A stretch of 64,000 nt of DNA from positions 8 to 64,007 of the IMG/VR virus record IMGVR_UViG_3300034104_005580. One strand, given 5' to 3'. A program made the position numbers and the translations under genes. This stretch comes from a virus (Duplodnaviria; Caudoviricetes). Shown here piece by piece: positions 55,959 to 64,000 of this stretch; position 1 is the first letter of the stretch, and each line of letters opens with the position of its first letter. The notes below the pieces were generated by a model. It searched no databases and was not told the DNA's origin. It saw only the letters and a list, made by a program, of their open reading frames with translations.

Positions 55959-58100
55959 GTGCCCGTGGCGAGTGAGTGGCTGGATCAGATCAAGGCTTCG
56001 ACCATCCCCCAGCTCGCCGACCGGATCGGCTTGAAGCGGGGGCGCATGAACACCTGGACCCCGTGCCCGTTGTGCGGGGCCGAGAAGCGGGGGGCCACCG
56101 ATGCCCGTGGTCCCATGGGGCTCACCGGGAACCAGAAGGGGGCCCACTGTCACTCCTGCAACGAGCAGATCGACATCGTGGACCTCGTGGCCCTCTGCCT
56201 CCAGGGGAAGAGGGTGAAGGATATGGCGGGACCCGACTGGGCCGCTTTCCGGGCCGCGTGTGAAGGCCGTGGGCTCGTGGACCCAGAGGCTGGGGGCTCC
56301 ACCCGAAGCCGTGGTGCCGCCCGCGTGGTCTCCCTCGGCTCGGCCGTGGACTCCATGCTGGGGAAGCCTTCGGGGGCCATGCCCGCCGCCCGGAAGGTCC
56401 GGGGGCTCACCTCCTCCTCCGAGCCGACCCAGGTGGCCTCCCACGGTGGAGCCCCTCGTGGAGGTGGTGGAGGTGGTGGGGACTCCAAGGGCTTCCCCTG
56501 GCACCCGGAGGTCTACGCCGCCACCTCGGAGGTGCTCTGGAGCCCGGAGGGAGAGCACGTCCTGGCCTACCTCCGCACCCGAGGCTTCACCGACCCCACG
56601 ATCCGGGAGTGGAAGCTGGGGGCCCACCTCGTGGTGGAGGAGGGCCGGGTGGTGGAGGAGTACGTGGTGATCCCCCTCCGGGAGGAGCACGGTCGGGTGG
56701 TCAACTACCGCTTTCGGTCGGTCCCTGGCCCATGCCTCCACTGCACCCCACCCGGAGGAGTGAAGGGCCCGGGGTGCCCGAAGTGCGTGACGAAGGACCA
56801 CCCGGAGGGGTCGGGCGAGGTCCCGAAGAAGTATCGCCCCTGCACCGGGCGACCCCTGCCCCTCTTCGGCTCCCACCTCCTCACCGGGGACCGCTCCCTC
56901 CCCGTGATCATCCTGGAGGGGGAGCTGGACGTGGTGGCGGCCTGGGAGTACGGCTACCGGGACAACGTGGTCACCTCCACCGCCGGGGCGGGGACCTGGA
57001 AGGACGAATGGTCCGACCTCGTGGAGCCCTATGACGCCTTCGTCCTCGGCCACGATGGGGACGAGGCTGGGAACGCGGGCGCGGAGAAGGTATCAAGCTC
57101 GCTTGGTCGCTATCGGTGCTCCCGCCTGATCCTCCCGGAGAAGGACCTGGGGGGGTGCCTGGAGAAGGGGCTGGGAGCCGAACGGATCGAGCGGGCAATC
57201 GAGCTGGCCAAGCCGATGGTCGGCACCTCCCTGGAGAAGGCCGACCACTACGGGGGGGCCCTGGAGGACCTGATCGAGAACCCGAGCCGCCTGAAAGGGG
57301 TGAAGACCCGGAGCCCGAAGCTGAACGAGAAGCTGGGGGGGCTCCGCCCGGGACTCACCGTGGTCACCGGAGACACCGGGTGCGGGAAGACTACGTGGTC
57401 CACCTGGATCGGGTGGGGGCTCGCCCGGGATGGGATCGGCTGCATGATCACCTCCTACGAGCAGAAGCCGGTGGGCACGGTCCAGAAGCTCCTCCGGATG
57501 GAGCTGGGGGACGACTTCACGAAGAAGACCCGGGACGAGCGCCTGGGAGGGCTCGGCAAGCTCGGCAAGCTCCCCCTCTGGATTCTGGACCACTACGGAC
57601 ACATGGGCTTCCAGGAGGTGCTGGACTCGATCCGGTACGCCAAGCGCCGCCACGGGGTGCGGTGGTTCCTCGTGGATCACCTCGGCTTCCTCGTGCCCGA
57701 GGGGGAGGACGATGAACGGCGAGCCGTGGAGAAGGTGATCCGGGCCCTGGCCCTCCTGGCGAACACGGAGGAGCTGATGATCTGGCTCGTGTGCCACCCG
57801 AGCAACTCCTACGTTCAGGAGCGCCGCCGGGTCATGCTGAAAGACCTGAAAGGGGCGAGCGCCATCCGGCAGGACGTGAGCGACGGCATCGTGATCGAGC
57901 GGGGCACCGTGAAGAAGACCACCCCGTGGTGCCACGCCATCGTCCACCTGGACAAGGTGCGCTCCGAGTTCGGGCAGGGGGGGACCTCGGTGGTCATGCC
58001 CTTCGACCCCATCGCCATCCACTACGCGGACTCCCCCTCCGACCTCCCCACCTACAAAGGTGGCGGCCTCCCCGTGGACCCCGGCTCGTTGAAGGATTAG
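55959..58100 (+). CDS. TOPRIM primase fused to SF4 (DnaB-like) helicase, T7 gp4/Twinkle-like
   Basis: Zn finger CPLC..CHSC, EGELD, DGDEAG, GDTGCGKT, VDHL, DLKGASAIRQ. Confidence 0.92.
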   Translation: MPVASEWLDQIKASTIPQLADRIGLKRGRMNTWTPCPLCGAEKRGATDARGPMGLTGNQKGAHCHSCNEQIDIVDLVALCLQGKRVKDMAGPDWAAFRAACEGRGLVDPEAGGSTRSRGAARVVSLGSAVDSMLGKPSGAMPAARKVRGLTSSSEPTQVASHGGAPRGGGGGGGDSKGFPWHPEVYAATSEVLWSPEGEHVLAYLRTRGFTDPTIREWKLGAHLVVEEGRVVEEYVVIPLREEHGRVVNYRFRSVPGPCLHCTPPGGVKGPGCPKCVTKDHPEGSGEVPKKYRPCTGRPLPLFGSHLLTGDRSLPVIILEGELDVVAAWEYGYRDNVVTSTAGAGTWKDEWSDLVEPYDAFVLGHDGDEAGNAGAEKVSSSLGRYRCSRLILPEKDLGGCLEKGLGAERIERAIELAKPMVGTSLEKADHYGGALEDLIENPSRLKGVKTRSPKLNEKLGGLRPGLTVVTGDTGCGKTTWSTWIGWGLARDGIGCMITSYEQKPVGTVQKLLRMELGDDFTKKTRDERLGGLGKLGKLPLWILDHYGHMGFQEVLDSIRYAKRRHGVRWFLVDHLGFLVPEGEDDERRAVEKVIRALALLANTEELMIWLVCHPSNSYVQERRRVMLKDLKGASAIRQDVSDGIVIERGTVKKTTPWCHAIVHLDKVRSEFGQGGTSVVMPFDPIAIHYADSPSDLPTYKGGGLPVDPGSLKD

Positions 58101-58201
58101 CCGGAGAGTGAGCCCAGCCCCTTCACCGGCGACGGGGCAAGGGGTAGACCCAGATCGCGGAGGGACCGCCCGCCGCTCAACCTCTCCCAGGAGTCCCGAC
58201 C

Positions 58202-59194
58202 GTGAACACCTCCCTCCTCTTCCTCCTCGCCGCCACCGCCTCCATCGAAGGCGTGGGCATCTTCAAGTCCTTCGGAGGGGTCCGCAAGGCGGGCTCCGAC
58301 GATGCTGGCATCCAGATCGATCTGACCCTCTACTGGCCGATCCGCACCTCCGCCGAGGCGAAGGAGCTGGACTCGGTGATCCCGGGAGCCTCGGCCGGGT
58401 ACGCCGACCGGGACAAGCGGGACGATGACGACCCCGCGAAGAGCGATCACGTCTCCACCCGGAAGTTCCAGGACGATGCCCGCCACGTCACCCTGAACCT
58501 GATCCAGGAGGGCACCGGCGGGGGCAAGGTGATCCTCTCCGACCAGAGCTGCTCCGTGGTCTCGGCCTCCTTCAAGACCTCCAAGAAGGCGGCCTCCTAC
58601 GAGGTGAAGGTGCGGGTCTTCGGGCTCACCGCGAAGCAGGTGGGCGAGGTGGCCGAAGGGCTCACCTCCCACGTCGGGATCACCCTCACCTCGGACCAGA
58701 CCAACCTCTTCGCCGGGGGGAAGGTGGTCCGGATGGACGAGCACCGGAAGGCCGTGGCGGCGAAGGTGGGCCAGATCGCCACCGGGAAGCTCACGGCGGG
58801 CGGCGAGTTCTGCGGGATGGTGAAGGAGGTGAACGTGAAGGATGGGGTCTCCTTCGTCACCGTGGAGGACCTCGACTCGACCACGATGGAGGTCCGTGGG
58901 GACCAGATCGTCTCCGCCCTGAACGTGGTGCCCCCGAAGGGGAAGACCATGGAGTGGGTGGTCACCTCCTACACCGAGAAGGCCACGAAGAAGGGCACCC
59001 GCCCGACCTGGGGGGCCATCGTCCGCGCGCTCGGAGAGGTCCACGCCCAGGAGCTGACCCCCTCCGAGAGCTGGACGGTCTCGGCCTCGGTGGTGGATGC
59101 CGCGTCGAAGATCACCGTGGCTTCCCCCTCCACCGAGGAGGAGGAGGAAGAGGGTGACCCCGTCTCCGTCGAAGCCGAAGCCGCCGTCCACTGA
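58202..59194 (+). CDS. Hypothetical protein with acidic tail
   Basis: AGGAG RBS; strongly biased codons. Confidence 0.7.
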   Translation: MNTSLLFLLAATASIEGVGIFKSFGGVRKAGSDDAGIQIDLTLYWPIRTSAEAKELDSVIPGASAGYADRDKRDDDDPAKSDHVSTRKFQDDARHVTLNLIQEGTGGGKVILSDQSCSVVSASFKTSKKAASYEVKVRVFGLTAKQVGEVAEGLTSHVGITLTSDQTNLFAGGKVVRMDEHRKAVAAKVGQIATGKLTAGGEFCGMVKEVNVKDGVSFVTVEDLDSTTMEVRGDQIVSALNVVPPKGKTMEWVVTSYTEKATKKGTRPTWGAIVRALGEVHAQELTPSESWTVSASVVDAASKITVASPSTEEEEEEGDPVSVEAEAAVH

Positions 59195-59213
59195 CCGGCT
59201 CACCTCGTGACCA

Positions 59214-59246
59214 GGAGGGCTCGCCATCGGCGGGCCCTTCGTGCTT
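59214..59246 (+). terminator. Putative terminator hairpin
   Basis: GGAGGGCTCGCC-ATC-GGCGGGCCCTTC. Confidence 0.55.
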
Positions 59247-59333
59247 CCAGGCCCTTCATGGCCGCCCGGGTGGGGGGTATCCCAGGAGGAAGCCCATCCC
59301 ATCCCAGCCCGTGAAGAAAGTGAGGAAGCTACC

Positions 59334-61562
59334 ATGCTCGGTAATATCGTCGGAGCCAAGACCGTGGAGGAGGCCACCGCGTGGGTCTTCTCCGAGCAGG
59401 GGCCCATCCGAGCCCAGGGCTACGAGGTCCGAGCCGCCCAGGTGAGCCTCGCCCTGGCCGTCGCCCGGCGGATCGATGCCGGGACCGGGTGGGTCATCGG
59501 GGAGGCCCCGTGCGGGACCGGGAAGGGCTTGGCCTACCTGATCCCCGGGATCATCGGTGCCATCCGGGCGGAGATGGCCTGGAACCAGGGGCACCGTCCG
59601 GAGGGGCAGGCCGCGTTCCGGAAGGTGGTGGTGAGCACCGCCAACATCGCCCTCCAGGGGCAGCTCGTGAACAAGGACGTGCCCGCCGTGGCTCGCCTCC
59701 TCGGAGTGGAAGTGCGGGTCTCCCTCTGGAAGGGCCGCAACAACTTCCTCTGCCTGGACCGGGTGGGAGAGGCGGATCAGGCGCTCGGCTTCGGGGACCG
59801 TGGGGTCCACCGGCTCGTGGCCTGGACGAAGGACCCCACCTGCACCGGGGACAAGGAGGACCTGACCTGGGACCCCGGGTGGTCCTGGGGGAAGCTCTCG
59901 GTGGGCTCGGACGAGTGCCACGGAAAGAAGTGCCCCCACTACCGGCCGGAGCAGGGCTCCACCACCCCGATCTGCTACGCGGAGAGGGCCCGGGTGGGGG
60001 TCATGCGCGCCCACGTCGTGGTGGTGAACCACCACCTGCTGGCAGTCCAGCGGCCGATCCCCGCCGTCTTCCTCGCCGTGGACGAGGCTCACGAGCTGGA
60101 GACGTGTATGCGCTCGGCCGTGAGCGGTCAGGTGAGCGAGCGGGGGGCCCTCGCCCTGGCCGCCCGGGTGGAGAAGATTCTGGGACCGGACGAGGCCCGT
60201 CGGGTCTCGGAGCCGATGGAGCACCTCTTCGCCACCCTGGGGGCCTACGCCGACGGGATCGGGGCTCGCTACTCGGCCCCCATCCCGGCGGAGTGGCACC
60301 GGGGCACCTTCTCCATGGAGTCCCTGGAGGGCCTTCGGGCCGTGGTGAAGCTCCTGGGGAAGGCCGCCCGGCAGGCGAACGACGAGTCCGAGGCGGGGAA
60401 GATCGAGATGGTCTCCGAGAAGGTGGAGAACCTCTACGTCCGGGCGTGGACCATCGCCTCCGGGATGGCTCACCCCACGATGGGGGGCACGGCGGAGAGC
60501 CCGTGGGCGATCTGGATGGACTTGAAGAACGAGGAGGACCCGAGGAGCGGTCGGCGGACCCGCCGTATCACCGGGAATATGGCCCCCGCCGACGTATCGG
60601 CTTTCACGATGTCGATGCAGCGGGCCTACCCCGCCGCCCTCCTCACCTCGGCCACCCTGGCCGTGGAGCACGCCTTCACCTACGCCCGGCTCTGCCTCGG
60701 CCTGGGGGCCCTCGGAGCGCCCGCCGAGTTCCGGGAGGTGGAGGTGCCCGACCTCCTGGGGGAGGAGGGGGCCACGAAGAAGGAGCGTCGGCAGGTGGCC
60801 GCCGCCGGGCCCGTGGAGGAGCTGACCCTGCCCTCCCCCTACCCCCTGGAGACCATGGGGGCCCTCGTGGTGCCCGGGGACTGTCCGAATCCGAAGGACC
60901 CCAGGTGGGAGGAGTACGCCGTCCGCCGGGTGGTGGAGGTGGTGAAGCTCGCCCGGGGCCGTACCCTCGTCCTCTGCTCCTCGGTGAAGATGATGGAGAA
61001 GTATGGGGCGGCCCTCACCTGCTCCCAGGACCAGCCCTACCCGGTGAAGGTCCAGGGCCAGTCCGGGCGGAACGAGCTGATCCGGTGGTTCAAGGAAGAG
61101 ACCCACGGAGTCCTGGTCGGCACCCGATCCTTCTTCCAGGGGCTGGACGTGCAGGGGGAGAGCTGCTCCTGCGTGATCATCGACCGGGTCCCCTTCGATC
61201 CCCCGGGCGATCCCCTGGAGGAGGCCGTGGGCGCGATGATGTCCGCCCGGGCGAAGAAGCCCGGGGGCTCCTTCTACCTCCGGAGCCTGCCGAAGGCGTG
61301 CATGGTCCTCGCCCAGGGATCGGGCCGCCTGATCCGGGCCCAGACCGACCGGGGGGTGGTGGTCTGCCTGGACGCCAAGGTGGTATCCGGCTCCATGGCT
61401 GATACACTCCGCGCCAGCTTCCCGGCTTTCCCCCTCTCCAGGGACATCCAGGACGTGGCGAACCTCCTGGAGGGTCGCCCGCTCGTGGGGGTCCGCCACT
61501 CGGCCCCCATCGTCGCCTCCACCCGTATCACCCGCCGGGGGTTCACGAATGTCTCGCCTTGA
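59334..61562 (+). CDS. dinG: DinG/YoaA-family Fe-S helicase
   Basis: EAPCGTGK, STANIALQ.QL..KD, KGRNNFLC, DEAH, TSATL, QGSGRLIR. Confidence 0.92.
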   Translation: MLGNIVGAKTVEEATAWVFSEQGPIRAQGYEVRAAQVSLALAVARRIDAGTGWVIGEAPCGTGKGLAYLIPGIIGAIRAEMAWNQGHRPEGQAAFRKVVVSTANIALQGQLVNKDVPAVARLLGVEVRVSLWKGRNNFLCLDRVGEADQALGFGDRGVHRLVAWTKDPTCTGDKEDLTWDPGWSWGKLSVGSDECHGKKCPHYRPEQGSTTPICYAERARVGVMRAHVVVVNHHLLAVQRPIPAVFLAVDEAHELETCMRSAVSGQVSERGALALAARVEKILGPDEARRVSEPMEHLFATLGAYADGIGARYSAPIPAEWHRGTFSMESLEGLRAVVKLLGKAARQANDESEAGKIEMVSEKVENLYVRAWTIASGMAHPTMGGTAESPWAIWMDLKNEEDPRSGRRTRRITGNMAPADVSAFTMSMQRAYPAALLTSATLAVEHAFTYARLCLGLGALGAPAEFREVEVPDLLGEEGATKKERRQVAAAGPVEELTLPSPYPLETMGALVVPGDCPNPKDPRWEEYAVRRVVEVVKLARGRTLVLCSSVKMMEKYGAALTCSQDQPYPVKVQGQSGRNELIRWFKEETHGVLVGTRSFFQGLDVQGESCSCVIIDRVPFDPPGDPLEEAVGAMMSARAKKPGGSFYLRSLPKACMVLAQGSGRLIRAQTDRGVVVCLDAKVVSGSMADTLRASFPAFPLSRDIQDVANLLEGRPLVGVRHSAPIVASTRITRRGFTNVSP

Positions 61563-61860
61563 CTACCAGATCGTCCCAGTAAACGCCGACGATATTGAAG
61601 ATGCCGTGAAGGATGCCAAGCTGGCGGGCCTTCGGGCCATGGGCTACCGCGTGGTGGCCTCCCTCGGAGTCCAGCACAAGGGGAAGCCGTGTCTGGCCCT
61701 GGTCATGGAGCCGCCCCTGGAGAGCGAGACCCCCGCCCCGGTGGTGATCGCCCCGCCCCCTCCTGCCCCTGGGATCGCGAGGGGCTACGTGATCGCCATC
61801 GTGGGGGGCTTCATCCTCTTCCAGGTGGCGACCGTGGTGGCGATCCTGGTCGCCCGGTGA
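61549..61860 (+). CDS. Membrane protein (C-terminal TM)
   Basis: Hydrophobic C-terminus. Confidence 0.6.
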   Translation: MSRLDYQIVPVNADDIEDAVKDAKLAGLRAMGYRVVASLGVQHKGKPCLALVMEPPLESETPAPVVIAPPPPAPGIARGYVIAIVGGFILFQVATVVAILVAR

Positions 61861-62456
61861 CCCACCCGGCGGCGCTCGCGCGCTCGGTGAGCCAGCTCCT
61901 TCGGGACGGGCTTCCGGCCGACTGGTACCACCCCGCCCTCCGCCCTGATCTGGTGCTCGCCGTGGCGGCCTCTCCGGCTCGCACCGTGGAGTATCGCGTG
62001 GTCCTGGGGGGGAAGCATCCCCAGCCCGAGGGTGGGGTGCTCTACGGCCGCCCCTTCCCACCTCACCCCCTCGCCATCGCCCTCTGGAGGCTGGCCCTCG
62101 ACGCCCCGGGCTTCCTCCTCGTGGCCCGTATCCACGAGCTGACCCCGGGCTCCAGGGCGACCGGGGAGAGGCCCGCCGAGGTCCGCCGCTTCGATCCTGG
62201 GGACCCGGTGGTGGCCGTGGACTGGATCGTCCGCGAGGTCCGGAAGATGTATGCGGAGAAGCGGGCCGGAGTACCCTACGTGTCCGGGAAGGACCACCGG
62301 GAGGCGGTGGCGAAGATCGAGACGGAGCGGATCGAGGTGGCCCGGGTGGCGATGGAGGCCCGAGCACGAGCCGAGGCCGCCGAGAAGGCCGAGCGGGATC
62401 GGTACGCCTCCACCTGGAAGGTGAAGAGGGGCCACCGGGTCCAGACCGCCCCGTAG
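61857..62456 (+). CDS. Hypothetical protein
   Basis: GTGA overlap. Confidence 0.55.
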   Translation: MTHPAALARSVSQLLRDGLPADWYHPALRPDLVLAVAASPARTVEYRVVLGGKHPQPEGGVLYGRPFPPHPLAIALWRLALDAPGFLLVARIHELTPGSRATGERPAEVRRFDPGDPVVAVDWIVREVRKMYAEKRAGVPYVSGKDHREAVAKIETERIEVARVAMEARARAEAAEKAERDRYASTWKVKRGHRVQTAP

Positions 62457-62499
62457 GTCATGCCGCCAGAGGGGTACACCCTCCAGAGGAAGAGAGAGC

Positions 62500-62955
62500 A
62501 TGGTCACCTGGGAGCCGGTCATCCTGGAGCTGGAGGTCTCGGCGGACGCCTGGGATGGTGCCGTCCGCGAGGTGGAGGAGTGGAACCGCCGCTCCTTCGG
62601 AGAGGGGGCGGCCTGGGTCCCCCTCACCTCGGACGAAGCCGTGGAGGCCCTGGCTCACTACGGCTTCCTGCCCCTCGTGCGGGGGCTCCTCCGGGAGGGC
62701 TCCCCCCACCTCTCCATGGCCCTCCACCTCTCCCCCCGTCGGGTGGGCGGGAAGAGCGGCCGTGGCCTGGAGGAGGTGGTCTCCGTGAAGGAGGAGCGGG
62801 TGGCCCTGACGATCTCCGACCGGACGACCCAGGGGGTGCTCTTCGCCGTGAGCGGGCAGGTGCCCCGGGCCCTGGAGAAGGCCGCTCGCCAGCCGCTCGC
62901 CCTGGCTCGTGCGGCGAGCGCCCGCGCGCTCACCCTCGCCGGAGTTACGCCGTGA
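62500..62955 (+). CDS. Hypothetical protein
   Basis: Purine-rich RBS; clean ORF. Confidence 0.55.
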   Translation: MVTWEPVILELEVSADAWDGAVREVEEWNRRSFGEGAAWVPLTSDEAVEALAHYGFLPLVRGLLREGSPHLSMALHLSPRRVGGKSGRGLEEVVSVKEERVALTISDRTTQGVLFAVSGQVPRALEKAARQPLALARAASARALTLAGVTP

Positions 62956-63068
62956 GCCGACTTTCCATCTTCCTCCTCTTCCTCGTGGTGGCCGGGTGCC
63001 GCCCCTACCACCGGCCGCACCCCCACCACCACCGTCCACCCCCTCACCACCTGGAGCCGCACCCGTGA
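62952..63068 (+). CDS. Tiny His/Pro-rich putative lipoprotein
   Basis: SRLSIFLLFLVVAGC lipobox followed by RPYHRPHPHHHRPPPHHLEPHP; overlaps neighbours at both ends. Confidence 0.5.
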   Translation: MSRLSIFLLFLVVAGCRPYHRPHPHHHRPPPHHLEPHP

Positions 63069-63211
63069 CCATCCACCCACTCCCGCCGCCGCCCGAGCCG
63101 CCGCCCGACCTCACGAAGGCCCGAGCCGTGGTCCACCTCGGCTGCGCGGCCTTCCTTGTCCTCGCCGGCCTGGGGATCGCCCTCGGTGGCCTCTCCATGG
63201 TGCTCCGGTGA
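63065..63211 (+). CDS. Small membrane protein
   Basis: Pro-rich N-terminus plus a TM segment; GTGA overlaps. Confidence 0.45.
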   Translation: MTIHPLPPPPEPPPDLTKARAVVHLGCAAFLVLAGLGIALGGLSMVLR

Positions 63212-63930
63212 GCGGCGACGAGAGGAACCCGCACGAGCGGCACGGCTCGGCCACCGATGTCCCTGGTGTCATCCTTCGTGGGATCGGGCGGTACCCGATC
63301 ACCGAGAAGATGCGATGGCGGACCCCGCCCTGGCTCTACCGGGTCCTGGACGAGGAGTTCCACTTCGACCTGGACGCCTGCGCGGAGGATGGGTGCCACC
63401 TCGCCCGCCGGTGGATCACCCACGAGGAGGACGCCCTGGAGGTGGACTGGCGGGTCAAGTTCCGCCAGCGGTTCGGTGGAGACCGGGACGACTACCTCTC
63501 CGGGGAGGTGCAGGTGGTGGAGCTGGAGCCCGAGGGGCACTCCCCCGTGCGCTCGGCCTTCCTCAACCCCCCGTGGGCGGCCCTGGGGCTCCCGAAGTGG
63601 GTGAAGGAGCAGGACCCCACCCTCTCGTGGAGCGCCTTCCCAGGCACCGGGAAGTTCGTGGAGCGTGCCTGGGAGATGTCCAGGCTGGGGGTCACCTCGG
63701 CGGTGCTCCTCCCCCAGGCGATGGACGCCGCGTGGTTCAAGCCGCTCGTGAAGAAGGCCGACGAGGTCCGGATCGGGCGGCGCTTCAAGTTCCAGGATTG
63801 CCACGGGGTGGATGGGCCCCAGCCTCCGGGAGGGCACCTTCTCCTGGTCTTCCGCCCCCACGTCCCCCTGGAAGGGTGGCCGGGCGGCCCCCGGGTGGAC
63901 TGGGACTGGAACCCGGCAGGTGAGCCGTGA
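63208..63930 (+). CDS. Phage DNA N6-adenine methyltransferase (phage Dam family)
   Basis: WRTPP, FDLDACA, FLNPPW, LLP....WF. Confidence 0.85.
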   Translation: MSGDERNPHERHGSATDVPGVILRGIGRYPITEKMRWRTPPWLYRVLDEEFHFDLDACAEDGCHLARRWITHEEDALEVDWRVKFRQRFGGDRDDYLSGEVQVVELEPEGHSPVRSAFLNPPWAALGLPKWVKEQDPTLSWSAFPGTGKFVERAWEMSRLGVTSAVLLPQAMDAAWFKPLVKKADEVRIGRRFKFQDCHGVDGPQPPGGHLLLVFRPHVPLEGWPGGPRVDWDWNPAGEP

Positions 63931-64000
63931 TCGGGCGGGCCACCGCCCTGGCGTTGCTCGCCCTCCAGTTCTCCCGGGTGGAGCGGGTCACCCGCCACGA
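63927..64000 (+). CDS. 3'-truncated gene, possibly an HD-domain nucleotidase
   Basis: GTGA overlap; FSRVERVTRH resembles the start of HD-domain proteins; only 24 codons visible. Confidence 0.3.
   Translation, partial: MIGRATALALLALQFSRVERVTRH

Larger units (their letters stand above)
1..64000 (+). mobile_element. Tailed dsDNA bacteriophage genome segment (siphovirus-like; lytic vs temperate unresolved)
   Basis: Terminase, portal, protease, capsid, tail tube, tape measure and replication genes in phage order; dense, nearly single-strand coding; no host housekeeping genes. Confidence 0.97.

Noticed and set aside
8958-61499. Very long minus-strand ORFs (e.g. 8958-11576, 11784-15002, 20498-24004, 33821-36301, 59256-61499)
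   Set aside because: Antisense shadows of high-GC3 + strand genes; G/H/P/R-rich with no motifs
50892-61562. Cas4-like nuclease plus DinG as a type IV CRISPR-Cas system
   Set aside because: No Cas7/Cas5/Cas6 or array; the nuclease sits in a standard exonuclease-Sak4-SSB module
1-64000. Integrase/att sites, tRNAs, introns/inteins, alternative genetic code
   Set aside because: None recognised; genes read through intact under the standard code

Overview
The window looks like a large part of the genome of a high-GC (about 70% by eye) tailed dsDNA phage with a siphovirus-like layout. Almost all credible genes are on the + strand; the one exception is a small gene at 39498-39686. The order is: a DNA-modification cluster (truncated TGT/DpdA-like gene, ParB-like protein, QueD, two SAM methyltransferases), then GpA-type terminase, portal fused to a MuF-like domain, protease/scaffold and major capsid. 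The head-tail region is interrupted by a collagen-like fibre, an NDP-sugar epimerase, a DUF5675 protein and a 1006-aa multi-domain glycosyltransferase. Tail tube, chaperones, tape measure, tail-tip and holin-like genes follow. An early/replication arm encodes a RepB'-like primase, a DUF6744-like protein, a RavA/ViaA pair, a sigma factor, SF2 helicase, PD-(D/E)XK exonuclease, Sak4-like ATPase, SSB, RuvC-like resolvase, primase-helicase, DinG and a phage Dam-type methyltransferase. No integrase, DNA polymerase, tRNA or CRISPR array was seen. The most notable observations are (1) a dispersed family of 8 promoter-leader cassettes (hexamer-N17-TA.., then GAGCAAGGAG), (2) a candidate virion-glycosylation system, (3) a 7-deazaguanine cluster coupled to methyltransferases and (4) codon-level avoidance of palindromic 6-mers. 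All functional calls come from recognising motifs by eye, with no database searches.
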